Below are positions 18,692 through 26,918 of a stretch of DNA of 64,000 nucleotides, piece by piece. Numbering within the stretch: the stretch's first letter is position 1; each line of letters starts with the position of its first letter. The notes beneath the pieces are model-generated. The model did no database searches, was not told the DNA's origin, and saw only the letters and a program-made list of their open reading frames with translations. Position numbers and translations under genes: made by a program. Source of the DNA: Pseudomonadota bacterium (GTDB lineage: Bacteria; Pseudomonadota; Alphaproteobacteria; Rhizobiales; Beijerinckiaceae); NCBI GenBank assembly GCA_023386155.1, contig JAEWKH010000066.1, positions 94,719 through 158,718 of the forward strand, read 5' to 3'.

Positions 18692-19537
18692 CATTGGGTT
18701 TCCGGCATCCTGCTCTCCGAGAAAGAACAGATGCACACGTTCGGCACGGTTCGCATTCACGAGCTCACGTTGCACGGCCAGCATGCGCTTGAGCTCGTTC
18801 ACGAACCCTATCCGGCGTCGTGGCGACCATTCCGATATGTGGAACAGCACCCGGTAGCTCTCCGCTGGCATCATCCGCCCGGTTTCGGCATTGCGTTCCC
18901 AACGGACCGCATTGAGGTCCATCTCTGCCGCGAGAGGATCGTCTATAGGCTCCATCCGCGGTCTGCGGAAGGAGATCTCCGAGTGATACACCTTGCAGGA
19001 TAGTGGAACCGGACGGGACAGGTTTGCAAGTTTCCCAAAGCAGGTATTGTAGGTAGTTCCGTCGCATCCCGGTATGTTCAGTGGCCTCTCCCTGCCGTCC
19101 GGGAATGATACGTAGCATTCGGCGATCCTGTGGAGAGTCGTAGCAGTCTGGTCACGCTCAGGGGTATCATTCGACCCCTGTCGATTGCGCCGTTGTACTC
19201 CTTCCGGGTCAAGTTCTGGGATCCGGATCTGCGGAATACCTTGAGGCCTATGCTCGATGAGCCGAAGACGTGTCGGTTGAAGCGCGGCGTGATGCCTTTG
19301 GATTCCAGGTCTACCAGACTGGAGCCCTATCACGATCTCGCATTCGGGGCCATGGCTCCCTTCGATCCGGAAGTGGGGCGCAACCCGGTAGACACGGGCT
19401 CCGTCGGCAGCCACTGCAGTCATCTGGACACCACAATCCGGGCATTCCCAGTCTGCATTCCGCAATTCCGGAGATGCCGGCAATTCCAAGATGGAGTGAC
19501 AATCCCTTGTTTCTTGGTTCCGTGCGATGTCAGGCAC
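18626..19537 (-). CDS. hypothetical protein with N-terminal Zn-ribbon-like motif
   Basis: 303-aa ORF. A hand count over 19081-19140 gives the highest GC (about 75%) at its third codon positions. The pattern WECPDCGVQMTAV...APHFRIEGSHGPEC resembles CxxC...H...C zinc ribbons. It lies 157 nt downstream of, and co-directional with, the cNMP/TIR-like gene. Confidence 0.45.
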   Translation of the reverse strand: MPDIARNQETRDCHSILELPASPELRNADWECPDCGVQMTAVAADGARVYRVAPHFRIEGSHGPECEIVIGLQSGRPGIQRHHAALQPTRLRLIEHRPQGIPQIRIPELDPEGVQRRNRQGSNDTPERDQTATTLHRIAECYVSFPDGRERPLNIPGCDGTTYNTCFGKLANLSRPVPLSCKVYHSEISFRRPRMEPIDDPLAAEMDLNAVRWERNAETGRMMPAESYRVLFHISEWSPRRRIGFVNELKRMLAVQRELVNANRAERVHLFFLGEQDAGNPMLFHVRDVRLATFLVVSPEPAT

Positions 19538-19694
19538 TTACGTCTTTCCCTCGGGCTTTCTCTTGTGCTGTCAACTGTATGCTCTGTCCTGTCACGTGTG
19601 GGTCACGGCGACATGAAGCTGGTGTTCAGCGGAGCGCGGATCATGCAAGCGGGTCCCTGAGACTTTCTCCAACAGTCCGTCAAAGACCCCTCTG

Positions 19695-20606
19695 CTAGAT
19701 GTTTCTGCCAAGCGCCATGATGTGATCCCGGAGCTCATTGCACGCTGGACTGATGAGTGCAGCAACATTTTGCCCCTTTTCATAGCGGTAACGGATCGAG
19801 GTAATCCCAGCCAAGTCACTGGGGAGTTTCACCTTGGTCCCTTGCGGTTCCATGAGGATGGCGCGCTGCCGTCCGAGCCGCCCCATGAAAAATCCCAGCT
19901 CGAAGATCACATTGTCCCGTGGGGTCGGCCAGTCCTCGTCCCGGATGTTCGTCGTATCGTCAGGGTGAGCCACTGCCACCGCGAAGTCGGACTGTTCCAA
20001 CTCCTGTTCGAGGCTCTCAAGGGTGTAGTTGGTAACCCGAAATACGCCATTGCTCCACACCATCGTCAGAAAAGGATCATGGGCGAAGGCGTTGTCGATA
20101 GCTCTGGCGATATGCAAGGACTCCACTGACGAAATCACAAAAACCCTGATCTTCTCGTTGGGAGGCCTGATTAGGGCGTTGCGCTGCTCGAGTCGGCGGG
20201 ACAGCTCCTGGGCGATGCGTCTCCAGATTTCCGGGTAGCGCGTTGCGATTTCCGAGAACTTTTCCTCGCCGACCTTGAGGACCAGGGCATCGCCATCGGC
20301 AACCAGGGTCGCGGAGCGTTTTTGGGTCGGCGAAATGGCAGCCATCTCCCCGACGTGATCGCTCGGATACCGGGTAGCAATCCTCTTGCCGTTGACCACG
20401 ACGCCGAACGTGCCGGAGATGATGAAGTACACGTCATTATCGGAGGCTGCCTGCTCGATGAGAGCCTCCCCCTGCCGCACCGCGCTTAGAGTGCCAACCT
20501 CGACCAGTGCCTCAGCCGCACCAGGTATGCCGAGAACGATCTTCTGCTTGCGCACCTCGTCAAATAGCAGACTTTTTCCGCGGTCGCCTGAAAATCTATC
20601 GATCAT
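19695..20606 (-). CDS. cyclic-nucleotide-binding domain fused to a TIR-like (CAP12 / pfam10137-type) effector domain; Pycsar PycTIR-like
   Basis: The N-terminal CAP_ED has YFIISGTFGVVVNGKRIA...HVGEMAAISPTQKRSATLVA. The C-terminal half has KIRVFVISS...NVIFELGFFMGRLGRQRAILM, typical of the predicted nucleotide-binding TIR-like family. Its ATG overlaps the upstream stop (ATGA). Confidence 0.8.
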   Translation of the reverse strand: MIDRFSGDRGKSLLFDEVRKQKIVLGIPGAAEALVEVGTLSAVRQGEALIEQAASDNDVYFIISGTFGVVVNGKRIATRYPSDHVGEMAAISPTQKRSATLVADGDALVLKVGEEKFSEIATRYPEIWRRIAQELSRRLEQRNALIRPPNEKIRVFVISSVESLHIARAIDNAFAHDPFLTMVWSNGVFRVTNYTLESLEQELEQSDFAVAVAHPDDTTNIRDEDWPTPRDNVIFELGFFMGRLGRQRAILMEPQGTKVKLPSDLAGITSIRYRYEKGQNVAALISPACNELRDHIMALGRNI

Positions 20607-21409
20607 GATACTCTTCCGTTTTTCGCGGCGTCAGCGGCGGCCCGTGTCCCGGCGGACATGCCTTCCGAACCAACGCTTAGTGGACATTTGCGCATAGAGC
20701 CGCAGCAGGGTGTTCTCGAGACCAGATGCGACTTCCAGTATTCGGCCTCGGCCTTCCGGCGTGCGCGCTCGGATACCACCAAGGTCACGATAGCAGACTT
20801 GTTGCAACAGGAGCGGCGAAGGATCAGGCGGCCGCGACGGTCGGTGCATCCCTTGGGACAACAGGCACGGCCGTTCACGAGGCGTGAGCCGTCTCTGCTG
20901 GCTCGGATGGCCCCGGCGCTGAACCAGTGCTTCTCGCCCTCGATCATGCGCTGGTAGCTCTCCTCGAGACCAAGCTCTTTCGCTGCAGCCAATGCAGATA
21001 CGTGATGGGGTCCTGCGGACCCGTGTGACAGGGCCTGAAGCGGAGGCCAGAGGCGGGTGCGGGCGGCGACTCGTTGTAGCTTGAGGAATTCGAACAGAAG
21101 TCCCCACCACACATGAGCGGAGTCGATATCGGAGACGAGTTTCTCCGCGCCTAGAGTGAGACAGAAGCTGCTATCATCGTTGACGTGACGTTCTGGACAG
21201 AAGCCCGGGAATGCGGTTCCGGGAATCGTCTCACGAATGACAAGTCCCCGAGGCTCCTCCGACAGTGTCAGGGCAACACTGAAATTCCTGGATGCCCCGG
21301 GGATTTCGATTTCCGCAACGCCTGAGACGCTGCGATCGTCCTGCCCGGTTATGATAAACCAGGCCGGCACGACCGAATGAACCAGTGCCAAACGTTGCGG
21401 ATCGGTCAT
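20603..21409 (-). CDS. E2/UBC-like protein with Cys-rich C-terminal domain (functional call tentative)
   Basis: Coding is well supported: ATGA overlaps at both ends tie it into the operon. LVIRETIPGTAFPGFCPERHVNDDSSFCLTLG resembles the E2 HPN...Cys-Leu active-site strip. The C-terminal roughly 90 aa hold nine Cys (CCPKGC, SCCNKS, TPCCGSMRKCP). Confidence 0.45.
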   Translation of the reverse strand: MTDPQRLALVHSVVPAWFIITGQDDRSVSGVAEIEIPGASRNFSVALTLSEEPRGLVIRETIPGTAFPGFCPERHVNDDSSFCLTLGAEKLVSDIDSAHVWWGLLFEFLKLQRVAARTRLWPPLQALSHGSAGPHHVSALAAAKELGLEESYQRMIEGEKHWFSAGAIRASRDGSRLVNGRACCPKGCTDRRGRLILRRSCCNKSAIVTLVVSERARRKAEAEYWKSHLVSRTPCCGSMRKCPLSVGSEGMSAGTRAAADAAKNGRVS

Positions 21410-23043
21410 CGAGCGTAGGCCTTGGCTTCGACCGCAAGCTCACCGCTCTTGACGACAAGCGGAGCCGCAAGGTGTGCGGTAACAGCATCGTAATCGAGGC
21501 CGTGGGCTTTGCCGTCGTCGACAAAGAGTCGCTTGATCCCGGGCGGGGCGCTATTCAGGGCGCGCGGGCCGAGCGCCGTCTCGTCACCCTCGCAGGTGGA
21601 CTGCAATGCCTCGGACGCACTGATTGCCTTGCTAACCGAGCACCTCACGCTTTTATCACCTCGAATGCCGAGGCGCGTGATGGGAGTGGTTCCGTACTCG
21701 ATGCCGATAGCGAGGCCGAGTTCCTTCACGTTGGGCAGTTCGTCCTGACACAGCTCGAAGCTCGATCGCATTCCGGCAGCTGCCTCGACGGCCGCGGTCA
21801 CTGTCGCCGACGCTTCCGTATTGTCCCGCGTTCCTTTGGCGAGAAGACCGTGGACGCAATCGCCGATGAAGCGTACCTTGCGGCCCGAAAAGTCTTCCTT
21901 CAGCGTCGCGGCGAGTTCGTTCCTGATCACATGCAGGTTCGCGACCATTTCCGCGACGCGCCCGGTGCGAATGCAGTCGGTCACGTAGTTGGTGAAGCCG
22001 GCAATGTCCGCAAAGATGGATGTCAGCTCCATTCGTACCGAGTGTGACGGCGACAGTTCTCGGAAATCGATCGTCTTGAGCGGCGGCGTGTGGCGATGAA
22101 ACGTGAAGGTCGGCAAGGAGCCATCGGTGACGCTCAGACGCTTCTCGACGGCTTCGGCAAAGCGTGCGACGGCTTCGTCGCTTGCCCGGCTGCTTCCGGA
22201 AAGTCCGAGGATGGGTACAGCGCCGTAAGCAAAGGAATGCATCCGCTCGTTGACAAGTCCACCTACCGCACCGAGCCCGAGGTCTCTTCGAACTTGATCG
22301 CTGGGGTAAATGCCCTCCACGTCGCCTTCTGCGAGCTTCGCGGCATAATTTGCCGGATTGCCCAGGAACAGGGGCTCCGGCTCGTTGCTCCGTCCACTGT
22401 TCACAGCGACAGCCGTTCCAGCATCCATCCCGATGCGCACCCGGGTTCTATAGAGGCCGCCGCCGACGCTCCGGCTGGTTTCCTCAATGGTCCGCTTCAA
22501 GGCGTCGGCGAACTCAAGCGCACGGACAGCCCGCTCCTTTGCCTTGTCTGGGCCTGCAGGGGACACAATGACCGCATGCATCCTAGCGCCATGGTAGTCG
22601 ACACGCTGGGCTTCGTACTCTTCAGCGACGCGATCGCACCCGGAGTAATGGAGGTGCAACATCGACAGGGCGCGCGCGTGGCTTGCCTCGGTCTCGCGTT
22701 CTTGCTCCAGCATTGTCGTCGCAAAATCGAGGAGTTGAACATAGACGTGAACGCCCTCGACAATGACAGCCTCGCTGGGCCGGACGCTGAAAATGAGGTC
22801 CTCTCTGGCTCCGCCCTTCGCGTGGAGGGATGCAATTTCCGAGCGACGGCGGACCATGTCCGCCGTCGAGAATGTCCGGACGTTAACCAGCCCCTGAGGG
22901 ACTGTGCCCTTGAACTGACGGATCCGTGCAAGGCTCTTCTGTCGTGACCAGCTCATTAGTGACCTCAAGGTAGCAAGCTGTTGGCTCTGATCCGTCGCGG
23001 GGTTCGTTTCGGCATCGGAGATTGCTCCATAGGCTTTCTTCAA
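21406..23043 (-). CDS. class III nucleotidyl cyclase with two tandem cyclase-homology domains (Pycsar PycC-like)
   Basis: The C-terminal domain has SIFADIAGFTNYV...VRFIGDCVHGLLA...AIGIEYGTTPITRLG. The N-terminal domain is a degenerate copy: VHVYVQLLDFATTM...YHGARMHAVIV...RIGMDAGTAVAVNSG. TTG start at 23043, with GGAG 9 nt upstream. Confidence 0.8.
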   Translation of the reverse strand: MKKAYGAISDAETNPATDQSQQLATLRSLMSWSRQKSLARIRQFKGTVPQGLVNVRTFSTADMVRRRSEIASLHAKGGAREDLIFSVRPSEAVIVEGVHVYVQLLDFATTMLEQERETEASHARALSMLHLHYSGCDRVAEEYEAQRVDYHGARMHAVIVSPAGPDKAKERAVRALEFADALKRTIEETSRSVGGGLYRTRVRIGMDAGTAVAVNSGRSNEPEPLFLGNPANYAAKLAEGDVEGIYPSDQVRRDLGLGAVGGLVNERMHSFAYGAVPILGLSGSSRASDEAVARFAEAVEKRLSVTDGSLPTFTFHRHTPPLKTIDFRELSPSHSVRMELTSIFADIAGFTNYVTDCIRTGRVAEMVANLHVIRNELAATLKEDFSGRKVRFIGDCVHGLLAKGTRDNTEASATVTAAVEAAAGMRSSFELCQDELPNVKELGLAIGIEYGTTPITRLGIRGDKSVRCSVSKAISASEALQSTCEGDETALGPRALNSAPPGIKRLFVDDGKAHGLDYDAVTAHLAAPLVVKSGELAVEAKAYAR

Positions 23044-23172
23044 GTTCGCCTACTCCGAACAAAATCTGGGAGCAGTTGATATCGCTGTCAAGTAACGTAG
23101 AATGCGTCTATAGCGAACGCTGGGTAGAGCGGGTATGTTATCCACAGTTGTTCCCGCAGGGGTGGAAAATCC
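23044..23172. promoter_or_regulatory. divergent promoter/operator region between the cyclase operon and the XRE-ImmA pair
   Basis: 129-bp gap between two divergently oriented start codons. I could not identify unambiguous -35/-10 boxes or a long palindrome by eye. Confidence 0.4.
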
Positions 23173-23493
23173 ATGGTTGCATTATTCGGAGAACGGATCC
23201 GGGAGTTGAGAAAGAAAAAGGGCATGACCCTTGATCAACTCGCCGTCGCGACCGATTCCAGCAAAAGCTACATCTGGGAACTGGAAAACAAGGACCCGCC
23301 ACGTCCTTCGGCGGACAAGATTGCCAGGATCGCGACCGCGCTTGATGTCACCGGGGATTACCTGATGGGTACTGCTGACGTGGACCTGCAATCGGCCGAA
23401 GATGAGGCCTTCTTCCGAAAGTATAGTCAAATGACGCCGGAGGCCCGTGCTAGGCTCCGGAAGCTCGCAAAGGCACTCGACGAGGATGATTGA
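23173..23493 (+). CDS. XRE-family HTH regulator (CapH-like position)
   Basis: FGERIRELRKKKGMTLDQLAVATDSSKSYIWELENKDPPRPSADKIARIATALDV is a canonical XRE HTH. Its stop overlaps the start of the ImmA/IrrE gene. Confidence 0.85.
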   Translation: MVALFGERIRELRKKKGMTLDQLAVATDSSKSYIWELENKDPPRPSADKIARIATALDVTGDYLMGTADVDLQSAEDEAFFRKYSQMTPEARARLRKLAKALDEDD

Positions 23494-24389
23494 TGGATGC
23501 GGGGCAGGGGCCTGAAGGTTGGGCGATCAAGCTCACCAAGATGCTGGATTTCGTCTATGGAGACGGTCCGGAGCGCTATCCCGTCAAGGTCGACCAGTTG
23601 GCTCTGGAATACTCCGCCCGCGCATACCCCGATGCTCCAATCAAAAAGGTCCTTGCCGACGATCTTGATGGGTTCGAAGGCGCCCTGGTTTCGGCGCAAA
23701 AGTCAGGAGCTTGGGGTATTCTTTACGACAAACGCCAACGTCCCGAGAGGGCCCGGTTCACGATTGCTCACGAATTCGGTCACTATCTCCTACACCGCCA
23801 CATGAGCCGTGAGGGCTTCCGGTGTGGAGAGGAGCAGGTGAGCAGACGCGAAGGCGTTGGCATTGAAAAAGAGGCCGATACGTTTGCGGCCTACCTCCTG
23901 ATGCCGTTCCACGATTTCCGGGCTCGCATCCCACCCAACAGCAAACCGACGCTTGAGGAGCTTGGAGCCTGTGCTCAGTGTTATGGTGTCTCTCTTACGG
24001 CTGCGATCCTGCGCTGGCTCGAATATACGGAGCGCCGTTCGCTGTTTGTTGTTTCGCGGGAAGGGTTCGCGCTGTGGGCTAAGGCAAGTGACTCGGCTTT
24101 CAAGTCCGGCCGCTTCATCAGGACGCGCAATACGACCTATGAACTTCCACCCTCGGCCCGTTGTGTACTTGGCCCTTTGAATACCGAGGCCCGCAGTGGC
24201 ATATCCCATCCGGCCGGCGTGTGGTTCGACGAGCCAGTAGAAGAGATTTCCATAGCGTCTGAGGAACTGGATATGGTTCTAACGCTTCTTCACCTTGGTC
24301 CGCCGCCAGAGAAGCGCTGGGAACGGAGAGAGGACGGCGAAGGCGTTGAGAGCGGTCTCACTTCCAGCCGTAGGCGTCCGTTCCGTTGA
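23493..24389 (+). CDS. ImmA/IrrE-family zinc metallopeptidase (CapP-like position)
   Basis: FTIAHEFGHYLLH (HExxH), followed by EKEADTFAAYLLMP, is typical of pfam06114 (DUF955). The ATG at 23493 shares one nucleotide with the upstream TGA. Confidence 0.85.
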   Translation: MDAGQGPEGWAIKLTKMLDFVYGDGPERYPVKVDQLALEYSARAYPDAPIKKVLADDLDGFEGALVSAQKSGAWGILYDKRQRPERARFTIAHEFGHYLLHRHMSREGFRCGEEQVSRREGVGIEKEADTFAAYLLMPFHDFRARIPPNSKPTLEELGACAQCYGVSLTAAILRWLEYTERRSLFVVSREGFALWAKASDSAFKSGRFIRTRNTTYELPPSARCVLGPLNTEARSGISHPAGVWFDEPVEEISIASEELDMVLTLLHLGPPPEKRWERREDGEGVESGLTSSRRRPFR

Positions 24390-24614
24390 TCGGGTCCTTG
24401 GGAGCCGAATTCTGACGTGCATTCGGCCACCTGATCGGAAAACCACGCGATGGCCCGCTGCGATCTTGAGTTTATCAAAGCGGCCGCGCTATTTTGTTAA
24501 TACATCTGATCTGCAAAGCCAATCCGACCGCCGTTCACTTTGAGCCATCTCTTTTTGGACTCCTCAATAGGCTAGAGCGTCACTTCATAATCGCCTATTC
24601 AAAGAAAGAAGGAA

Positions 24615-25514
24615 ATGTCGGAAACGCTTTATATAATCGGGAATGGTTTCGACCTGCACCATGGTATTCGTTCCTCGTACAAGGAATTCGGCGCCTATCT
24701 GAAAGCCCGTGACCGGGAAACCTACAATGTCATGGAGCGCTATTTCGACGTTGACACGGACTTTTGGGCTGAATTTGAGGGCAGACTCGCCTCCTTCGAT
24801 AGCGATACGCTGATAGAGGACACGTCCTGTTTTCTAGTGAGCTATAGCGCAGAGGACTGGAGCGATTCGTTCCATCATGACTACCAGTATGAGATCGACG
24901 AGACTATCAAAGCGATATCGACGACGCTTCGAGCGCGGTTCGCCGAATGGATCCGGCAGCTCCGCATTCCTGATAGATCAGAGATCGCGAGCCTGCGGGT
25001 GCCTTTGGATCCGTCTGCAACCTTTCTGAACTTCAACTACACGCCATCGCTACAGCAACTCTATGGCATCCCTGATGCTCGTATCCGACATATTCACGGG
25101 GCGGCGAGTGATCCGGACGCACAGCTTGTCCTAGGACACGGTTGGGAGCCGGAGCCTCAGCCTGATCCCTATCGCTTCTCAGGCGATCCTGAGGACGCAG
25201 ATACACGGGTCGTCGAAGGTCAAAGAATTATCGACAGCTACTTCAGAGACACCTTCAAGCCGACTGCAAATATTATTCAAGCCAACGCCGCCTTCTTTGC
25301 AAGCCTGTCGCAGGTTGAAAGGATCTTTGTGATGGGGCACTCGATTTCCAGCGTTGATCATCCATATTTTAACGAGATAATACGCAACATCGATGCCACC
25401 CGCGTACGGTGGAAGATCAGCTACCGTGATGGCATCGCGGAACTTCAAGAGCGCGTGAAGATGGTCGGCATCGCTCTAAATCAAGCCGAGTTCGCGCATC
25501 TTCCGGATTTTTGA
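24615..25514 (+). CDS. AbiH-like abortive-infection family protein
   Basis: The N-terminus MSETLYIIGNGFDLHHGIRSSYKEF matches the AbiH family signature (IIGNGFDL-HGL-T-Y-F). 299 aa. Confidence 0.65.
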   Translation: MSETLYIIGNGFDLHHGIRSSYKEFGAYLKARDRETYNVMERYFDVDTDFWAEFEGRLASFDSDTLIEDTSCFLVSYSAEDWSDSFHHDYQYEIDETIKAISTTLRARFAEWIRQLRIPDRSEIASLRVPLDPSATFLNFNYTPSLQQLYGIPDARIRHIHGAASDPDAQLVLGHGWEPEPQPDPYRFSGDPEDADTRVVEGQRIIDSYFRDTFKPTANIIQANAAFFASLSQVERIFVMGHSISSVDHPYFNEIIRNIDATRVRWKISYRDGIAELQERVKMVGIALNQAEFAHLPDF

Positions 25515-25587
25515 GAACAAAGCTCGGTACACCAATGACGTGGCGCCGCACATAACTGGTGCGTAGAATTTATTAAGACCAGAGACA

Positions 25588-26631
25588 ATGGCGAAACATC
25601 CTCCGAAGATCTTTCTAGACGCCAACATTGTCATCGGTGGCGGCAAGCCGCCGGGCGGCCCTGAGCTCGCGCGGGTGATCGACTTGGTCGAGGCAGGTCT
25701 CGTAACGGTATTGACGACTGATCTCACCATTACCGAGGTTGCAAAAAAACACGTGCAGAATGACCTTGATCTGATCCGAGATATTTGCCAGCCGCACTTC
25801 CGCAAAACAGTGGAGTTCGCAACAGGAGCCAAACTTCCGGAGATCAAACGGGCAGAGTTGAAGCGAAGGCTAAGTGAAGCCTATGAGGCTTCGACCAAGT
25901 CCATGTTCAGGAATTTAAGAGCGAAGACGCTAGCGATCGATAACGTCAAGCCGTCTGTCGTGTTCGACGCCTATGCTGCTGGCGAGGGGTTTTTCTCAAG
26001 CGAGGGAAAGAAAAACCAGTTTCCGGATGCATTCACATTCGAGTGCTTGAAGCAGGAGGCCTCAGAAGAGCCGGTCATCATTGTCACACAAGATGGTGAC
26101 TTCGTGAAGCCGGCCCGAGCCGAGAAGAACATCACGCTGGTGAAGTCGCTGCCTGAGTTATTCGAAAAGCTCGGCCTGGAAATGCAGGTGCCGGAGATAG
26201 ATGCTTTTCTAGAGGATCACAAGGACGAACTCATCGAAGAAGTCGACCGAGAGCTTTCGAATTGGACATTGCAGGGCGATGTCGAAGACTCAGAGATCGA
26301 TGAAACGATAGTGACCGAAGTAGAAGTTCAAAACCTAACAGCCTTTAGGCCGACGGCAAAGGGAGACCCGATCTTGGTTATAGGGAGGCTAGCCGTGAAG
26401 GCGAACGTTTCCTACACGCATCCGAATTGGGATGAAGCCATATACGACTCTGAGGACAAGGTCCTCGTCCCCTTTGAAGACGTAAATGGTGAGACTGAGG
26501 TCGATTTGGAGATTGACGTGTCGATGTCGCTCTTGGTCGGCGATGATGGAGAGCCGGAGCAAATTGACGAACTACGTTTTCGAAACGACAATTTCGTCTA
26601 TGTCACGCTCCACCCATACGACTACGACTAG
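25588..26631 (+). CDS. PIN-like domain protein (DUF4935-type) with an acidic C-terminal domain of unknown function
   Basis: KIFLDANIVI (first acidic residue), LTTDLTITEV and VIIVTQDGDF (distal acidic residues) follow PIN-fold spacing. The C-terminal half is highly acidic and unassigned. Confidence 0.55.
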   Translation: MAKHPPKIFLDANIVIGGGKPPGGPELARVIDLVEAGLVTVLTTDLTITEVAKKHVQNDLDLIRDICQPHFRKTVEFATGAKLPEIKRAELKRRLSEAYEASTKSMFRNLRAKTLAIDNVKPSVVFDAYAAGEGFFSSEGKKNQFPDAFTFECLKQEASEEPVIIVTQDGDFVKPARAEKNITLVKSLPELFEKLGLEMQVPEIDAFLEDHKDELIEEVDRELSNWTLQGDVEDSEIDETIVTEVEVQNLTAFRPTAKGDPILVIGRLAVKANVSYTHPNWDEAIYDSEDKVLVPFEDVNGETEVDLEIDVSMSLLVGDDGEPEQIDELRFRNDNFVYVTLHPYDYD

Positions 26632-26918
26632 GTCTGTCACAATCAAGACCTTCGGATCTGCGCCGACAGGAAGAAGCAGGATATCAAGTCGCGCATATGC
26701 GTAGAGAAAATACATAACACGGCAGAATTGTACGTTCAGTCTAAGTATCTCCTTCTGTAGCGTTCTCAGTGGATTGATGTATCACACTCCTCTCGGGACT
26801 CTCTTGGCTGATCGCCAGCACTTGCCAGCGTCCAAGTCTGTTACTGACATGATCCCTAGATCAGTAAGCGCGAGACCATTAAGTTCGCATTCTCAATCAT
26901 ACAATATGATAAGTTCAT

